A stretch of 64,000 nucleotides of DNA, taken from the NCBI GenBank assembly GCA_050331735.1, contig JBHJGN010000004.1:64001-128000 (forward strand), given 5' to 3'. Source of the DNA: Cyanophyceae cyanobacterium (GTDB lineage: Bacteria > Cyanobacteriota > Cyanobacteriia > Cyanobacteriales > JBHJGN01). Positions within the stretch are counted from its first letter, which is position 1. The number at the start of each line of letters is the position of its first letter. A model generated the notes under the pieces. The model saw nothing but the letters and a program-made list of their open reading frames with translations, was not told where the DNA came from and ran no database searches. Below are positions 61,972-64,000 of the stretch, piece by piece. The translations under genes and the position numbers were made by a program.

Positions 61972-62592
61972 TCAACTGCTGCTCGGAGCTCTCTTCATTG
62001 TCCAAACCCGCAGGTTGTTCCCCGACAGTTCAACAGTTCTCACGACCGCAAACCCGTGTTTTTGGTAAAAACGAACGCTGCTTTGGGTCGTTGCTTCTAA
62101 ATAACAACATAATCTCTCACGCTCTGCTTTTTCAAGGATTGGTTGGATCAGGAGTCCGCCAATTCCCTGATTTTGATACTCTTGTGCAACGCCTAGAAGC
62201 GCCAAATACCAATGCTGTTGAGCAACATCCTGTTTGTGATAGTCTTCTAGTTGGAGAAAGAATGAGATAAGCTGTTGAAGTTTACTCCAGCGTACCATCA
62301 AAGGCAGCGCGTACATCCCTGCTTGTAACAGTTGGAGAGGATGAAACGGAAATTGCCCTGGCGGTAGCCAAGCGGCTACGCCTTTTAAATCGTTGGTGGT
62401 ATAAACATAGCGATAGGGCTGAGTATACTGTACAAAAGTTTTACAGAGCTGCTTGAGGGAATTATGTGGTCTCCCATCTGTTTGAGCCAAAAAATAGCGA
62501 AAAATGGGGTCGCTATCAAAAGTATTGCTAAGAACTGCAACTGCCTGATGCAATTGCGATCGCTTCAACCGCACAATAGTGTGATTAGTCAT
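61972..62592 (-). CDS. GNAT acetyltransferase
   Basis: HWYLALLGV..EYQNQGIG, YLEAT, FYQKHGF. Confidence 0.88.
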   Translation of the reverse strand: MTNHTIVRLKRSQLHQAVAVLSNTFDSDPIFRYFLAQTDGRPHNSLKQLCKTFVQYTQPYRYVYTTNDLKGVAAWLPPGQFPFHPLQLLQAGMYALPLMVRWSKLQQLISFFLQLEDYHKQDVAQQHWYLALLGVAQEYQNQGIGGLLIQPILEKAERERLCCYLEATTQSSVRFYQKHGFAVVRTVELSGNNLRVWTMKRAPSSS

Positions 62593-62604
62593 GCTTGTAT
62601 TTCC

Positions 62605-63069
62605 TCAACGGATAGTATACTTCTGTCGATAACTGCTCCAGCTTTGGAGAGCACCGAGTTGAGTTATCACTTCTAGTTGATTCAGTTCATACCACCACTC
62701 CACAATCTTGCCCTGGGAAATCCGCAGCAGATTGATACCGTTGACATTTACCTGTTTACCCGTTGGGGGAATTCCCATGAACTCTCCTGTATGAGTACCC
62801 TTCAGAGTCGCGCGAAAGACAACCCGATTGCCTTCAGCAATAACGTCTTCTACAGTTTGCTGAATATCGGGAAATCCTTGAAATAGACTCGCGTTAAATT
62901 TCTTGTTCGCTTCGAGTTCCACGATTGGCTCAGACCAGCTACAAAAGTGCAGAACTATATCTTCGGCGACCAATTCATCCCAAACTTTTTCCCACCCGTC
63001 TACATTACCCCAGCCTTGCTCGGCAAAGCGGAGAGCAATAGACTTGTTTTGTTCGATTAAAGTATTCAT
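62605..63069 (-). CDS. SnoaL-like ester cyclase
   Basis: GFPDI..TVEDVIAEGNRV, GTHTGEFMGIPPTGK, GKIVEWW. Confidence 0.88.
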   Translation of the reverse strand: MNTLIEQNKSIALRFAEQGWGNVDGWEKVWDELVAEDIVLHFCSWSEPIVELEANKKFNASLFQGFPDIQQTVEDVIAEGNRVVFRATLKGTHTGEFMGIPPTGKQVNVNGINLLRISQGKIVEWWYELNQLEVITQLGALQSWSSYRQKYTIR

Positions 63070-63093
63070 GAGTATCTCCTGGTATCAAAGTAA

Positions 63094-63242
63094 TACCATT
63101 GACCGAAAGTAGTCAGATAGTTCCTTAAACTAACCAAGCATTGGAGGTTCAAGGGCAAAGAGCTGCTGTGCTTCCCTTTGCCCTTTCCCCCTTCCCCTTT
63201 CCCCCAACTCATCAAGTCTCCTATTACTTTTTCTAATTGGTG
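63094..63242. mobile_element. MITE copy 2 (149 bp), TAA target-site duplication
   Basis: Near-identical to 1084-1224 with one extra CCCTT-type heptamer; TAA at 63091-63093 and 63243-63245. Confidence 0.9.
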
Positions 63243-63358
63243 TAAGATAAATCCAGACTCGCAATGCTGGCTTGTCAGTTTGCTTGAGTCTATATAAGTG
63301 GCTGACGATTTTTTGTTGATATCTCCAGTATCAGGTGCGATCTAATTAGCTGTCTTCA

Positions 63359-63390
63359 AAGTTCTTGCTTTATCTTTCTAAGTTCTTGCT
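63359..63390. promoter_or_regulatory. Candidate AraC-family binding direct repeat
   Basis: AAGTTCTTGCT twice, 21 bp apart, immediately after the AraC gene and upstream of snoaL-GNAT. Confidence 0.5.
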
Positions 63391-64000
63391 ATTGGCGCAG
63401 AAACTTCTTTGGCGTTGTTCCAACAAAGCGCTTGAAGTGATAGTTCAAATGTCCCTGACTGGTGAAGCCTACAGTTTGGGCAACTTCAGCAATTTCTAAT
63501 CCCTTCAGAAGTAACTGCTTAGCACGCTCAACGCGGCACTGAACATGATAGCGATGGGGCGAAACTCCAGTAGATTTCTTAAAGAGATGAGCAAAATGCC
63601 AAGAACTCAGTTGAACAACAGCAGCCAGTTCAGCCAAGCTGAGATTTTTCTCTAGATGCTCGTGGATATAGTTAATGACCTGCTGTAAATCTTGTTTAGA
63701 TAGTCCTCCCGCATAGCACTGAATCGTCTGTTCTCTTGTAGAATATCGAGACAGCAGATGAACTGCTAAGGCGTTTGCCATCATATCGGCATAGAGACGA
63801 CTTCCTACATTCGTTTCTAGTGCAGATTTTAGTGCCAGAGCAATCTGTTGAATGAGCGGATCGAAAAATGCCAATTTTGGCGGCAGTTCACAATGAGCGC
63901 TCCCCCAAGTTCCCTCATCTACCAGTGCGAGGAGTGTTGGCTCAAAATCGAGGAGCAAAACTTTAGCTTCTCGATCCCACCCCACTGACTGATTCATATT
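63389..64000 (-). CDS. AraC-family regulator, 5' end beyond the window
   Basis: LSLAELAAVVQLSSWHFAHLFKKSTG.SPHRY, IAEVAQTVGFTSQGHL..HFKRFVGTTP. Confidence 0.92.
   Translation of the reverse strand, partial: NMNQSVGWDREAKVLLLDFEPTLLALVDEGTWGSAHCELPPKLAFFDPLIQQIALALKSALETNVGSRLYADMMANALAVHLLSRYSTREQTIQCYAGGLSKQDLQQVINYIHEHLEKNLSLAELAAVVQLSSWHFAHLFKKSTGVSPHRYHVQCRVERAKQLLLKGLEIAEVAQTVGFTSQGHLNYHFKRFVGTTPKKFLRQ

Larger units (their letters stand above)
1..64000. repeat. HIP1 octamer GCGATCGC dispersed throughout the window
   Basis: Roughly 50 copies seen by eye (e.g. 1346, 9254, 28864, 42751, 62556); not an exact count. Confidence 0.9.

Noticed and set aside
1..64000. CRISPR array, rRNA, prophage, integrase or transposase
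   Set aside because: No regularly spaced repeats, rRNA signatures or such ORFs were seen

Overview
A 64 kb piece of a cyanobacterial chromosome, judged from roughly 50 HIP1 GCGATCGC octamers seen by eye and from psbX, ycf66, ndhCKJ, tab2, sasA and minCDE. The right half is mostly core genes (prfC, ppk, accC, minCDE, ppc, sasA, GH57) plus an oxidative-stress block: MnSOD, a SufR-like regulator, NiSOD and sodX. The left half is accessory-rich. (1) An operon encodes FAAL, acyl-ACP dehydrogenase, ACP, MBOAT and an SGNH/DltD-like protein; it looks like a fatty-acyl version of the Dlt/Alg envelope-acylation relay. It is followed by an NdbB-like reductase, an HTTM-DCC1 protein, a GT-C-like protein and a second MBOAT-SGNH pair. 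(2) A FAAL-FAAL-ACP/alpha-oxoamine synthase cluster follows the ndhCKJ genes. (3) A dynamin-YjcZ-patatin operon carries an embedded hicBA pair whose toxin has a nonsense codon. (4) A recQ pseudogene is broken by a MITE with a 3-bp target duplication (second copy near 63.1 kb) and by an apparent deletion whose junction is a HIP1 site. All family calls rest on motif recognition only; no database searches were run.
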